Program-made: the position numbers and the translations under genes
Part shown: one piece after another, positions 4,865 through 6,299 of the stretch
Numbering within the stretch: position 1 is the stretch's first letter
How the letters are laid out: each line of letters begins with the position of its first letter
The notes under the pieces: model-generated
What the model was told of the DNA's origin: nothing
Databases searched by the model: none
The model's input: only the letters and a program-made list of their open reading frames with translations
Source: a virus
IMG/VR virus record: IMGVR_UViG_3300045988_001431
Coordinates: 1 to 6,299 of that record
Direction: 5' to 3' (one strand)
Length of the DNA stretch: 6,299 bases

Positions 4865-5307
4865 TGTGCAGCTGCAGCAGGTGCGGAAGCCTCAGGGGCG
4901 GGCGCTGACTGTTCCTCTGCCAACATACTCTTTGCGTAAGCAGTCAATTCAGAATGCTCAGAGGCCAACTGTTGTAAAACAGCCTGACGCTCTGACATAG
5001 ACTGACAGTGACGGGAGATAACAGACGCAAAACGTTCTTCATCCGTCATACCATCCATTACAGTAGACTGAGTAGGATGCATTTGAGCCAATATATTATT
5101 AACATTCATATCGCCAAGTAAACGACGATATTTTTCCTGATTCAGAAGAATGGAGGTCATATCCATAAACTGGAATTTTCCAGCTTCGACTTCTTCCAAC
5201 ATAACTGAATCATACGCAGATTCTTGATAAACGGGGTTTCCCTCAACAAATTGAGGAACATAATCATCCGGAATTAATTCCTTAGGGACATAAGCAAATT
5301 TTCTCAT
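4861..5307 (-). CDS. 148-aa acidic protein; putative internal scaffolding protein (VP3-like), assigned by position and composition only
   Basis: MRKFAYVPKELIPDDYVPQFVEGNPVYQ... starts at ATG 5307..5305, 12 nt after the capsid stop TAA (5322..5320). The track's start at 5319 is a TTG. The protein is acidic with an Ala/Pro-rich tail (SAPAPEASAPAAAAQ). The functional call is weak because I recognise no diagnostic motif. Confidence 0.8.
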   Translation of the reverse strand: MRKFAYVPKELIPDDYVPQFVEGNPVYQESAYDSVMLEEVEAGKFQFMDMTSILLNQEKYRRLLGDMNVNNILAQMHPTQSTVMDGMTDEERFASVISRHCQSMSERQAVLQQLASEHSELTAYAKSMLAEEQSAPAPEASAPAAAAQ

Positions 5308-5319
5308 AACGACACACAA

Positions 5320-6299
5320 TTAATAAGGTAAACCATTTCTATCCAAGTTCTGAACAGCGTAGACTTTGAAATTCACATTACACAGCAATTGGTCATAAGC
5401 TACATTATATGCAGTAGTAGAAACCTGAGATTGGAATATAGAATTCAATTGCTGAGGTCGAACCTTGAAAGATTGATAAGAAAATGAAGACTGACCAGAA
5501 ACCTGAGGCTGAGAACCTTGTAAAGGAGCAGCCCAAGACTGATAAGCAGTAAAGGGGCGGAAAGCGCCGTGAACAGTATCTATATTAGATTTCCATTGCC
5601 AATAGCGAAGATTATAACCGATATTACCTGTAGGACAAGACGGACTATTATTCAAAGCCAAAGCCGGAACAGGCTGCATACCTAATTGGTCGAATGCAGG
5701 TTGCGGAAAATCAGTAATACTAGTACACAACAATTGGGGGTTATGACCTTTTAATGCCCAATCCAATAAAGGCACAGAGTGATATACAATCATCAATACA
5801 CAATGTTCAGCACCACAATCATAAGTGAGAGTATGACCGGAATTAGAACCAACACCTTTACCAGCGATGACAGCCTGAGAAGTATCGGCTTCAAGATTGG
5901 TATTAAGAACTTCATTAATACTAATTACATTAGACCAACCTCCAACGAAATGAGAGTGATTACCCATATACTCAGGGGCTTTAATGCCGAATTGGGCAGC
6001 CATCTGGTCCGAATAATCCTTACTAGAGAACTGGACTACTTCTTTCCAGCGCTGGAGGTATTCAGTTGCACGGATTGACAAGGCAGATAGGTCAGAATTA
6101 AGAGTAGCATAACGAGTAGCGGAAGAAGTATTACTAGTAATAACAGAAGTAGAGGAGGGAGAGTTCATAATAGAACCAACAGAACCGGCACCCAAAGGAG
6201 AAGCATAAACACGGGACGGACTATCGGAAGAAGCTAATGCACCAGGCATAACAGCTACCGAACCATACTGAGAGGATGGGAGAACTCCCATAAAATAGT
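5320..6299 (-). CDS. VP1: Major capsid protein, C-terminal part. The unique sequence is 5320..6200; 6201..6299 duplicates 1..99.
   Basis: Track ORF 5320..6291 begins at an internal Met. The frame stays open to the window edge (..DYF-MGVLPSS..) and joins 1..847 in phase. The joined CDS is 1728 nt, giving 575 aa plus a stop. It ends ...LDRNGLPY-TAA. Confidence 0.93.
   Translation of the reverse strand, partial: YFMGVLPSSQYGSVAVMPGALASSDSPSRVYASPLGAGSVGSIMNSPSSTSVITSNTSSATRYATLNSDLSALSIRATEYLQRWKEVVQFSSKDYSDQMAAQFGIKAPEYMGNHSHFVGGWSNVISINEVLNTNLEADTSQAVIAGKGVGSNSGHTLTYDCGAEHCVLMIVYHSVPLLDWALKGHNPQLLCTSITDFPQPAFDQLGMQPVPALALNNSPSCPTGNIGYNLRYWQWKSNIDTVHGAFRPFTAYQSWAAPLQGSQPQVSGQSSFSYQSFKVRPQQLNSIFQSQVSTTAYNVAYDQLLCNVNFKVYAVQNLDRNGLPY
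6201..6299. repeat. Terminal direct repeat, copy 2: circular-contig overlap, identical to 1..99
   Basis: Same as copy 1. De Bruijn assemblers commonly leave an exact overlap of k-mer-like length on circular contigs. Confidence 0.97.

Noticed and set aside
5308-5319. TTG start at 5319 for the scaffold-like gene (MCVVMRKF...)
   Set aside because: An ATG four codons downstream (5307) is a more plausible start. The TTG directly abuts the capsid stop codon.
5779-6078. 99-aa plus-strand ORF antisense to the capsid gene
   Set aside because: It is antisense to the capsid CDS, its composition is Ile/Asn/Thr-rich as expected for AT-rich antisense sequence, and no motif supports it.
6289-6291. Met at 6291 as the start of a 323-aa protein
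   Set aside because: It is an internal Met of the capsid protein. The frame stays open upstream to the window edge and continues in phase at 99..847 of the other repeat copy.

Overview
This window is a complete circular Microviridae (ssDNA phage) genome, linearised with a 99-nt terminal overlap: 1..99 is identical to 6201..6299, so the unit length is 6200 nt. All credible genes are on the minus strand. Their order on that strand is: major capsid protein (847->1, continuing 6200->5320, 575 aa, split by the window edge), a 152-aa acidic putative scaffold protein, the VP2/H-like DNA pilot protein, one 468-nt non-coding region, a 67-aa orphan, a 28-aa single-TM peptide, a 98-aa peptidase M15-type enzyme, and a 609-aa HUH rolling-circle Rep. 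The gene set, sizes and lack of Shine-Dalgarno sequences suggest an Alpavirinae-like, Bacteroidetes-associated microvirus. That assignment is inference and needs a homology search. Two parts deserve a second look. The first is the only sizeable non-coding region (3263..3730), which holds a GC-rich, repeat- and hairpin-dense island (~3430..3700) unlike the rest of the AT-rich genome. The second is a translationally coupled accessory string (67 aa -> 28-aa TM peptide -> M15 peptidase -> Rep) that resembles a holin/endolysin-type lysis module rather than phiX174 E-type single-gene lysis. The nested or antisense ORFs in the supplied track are most likely frame artefacts.
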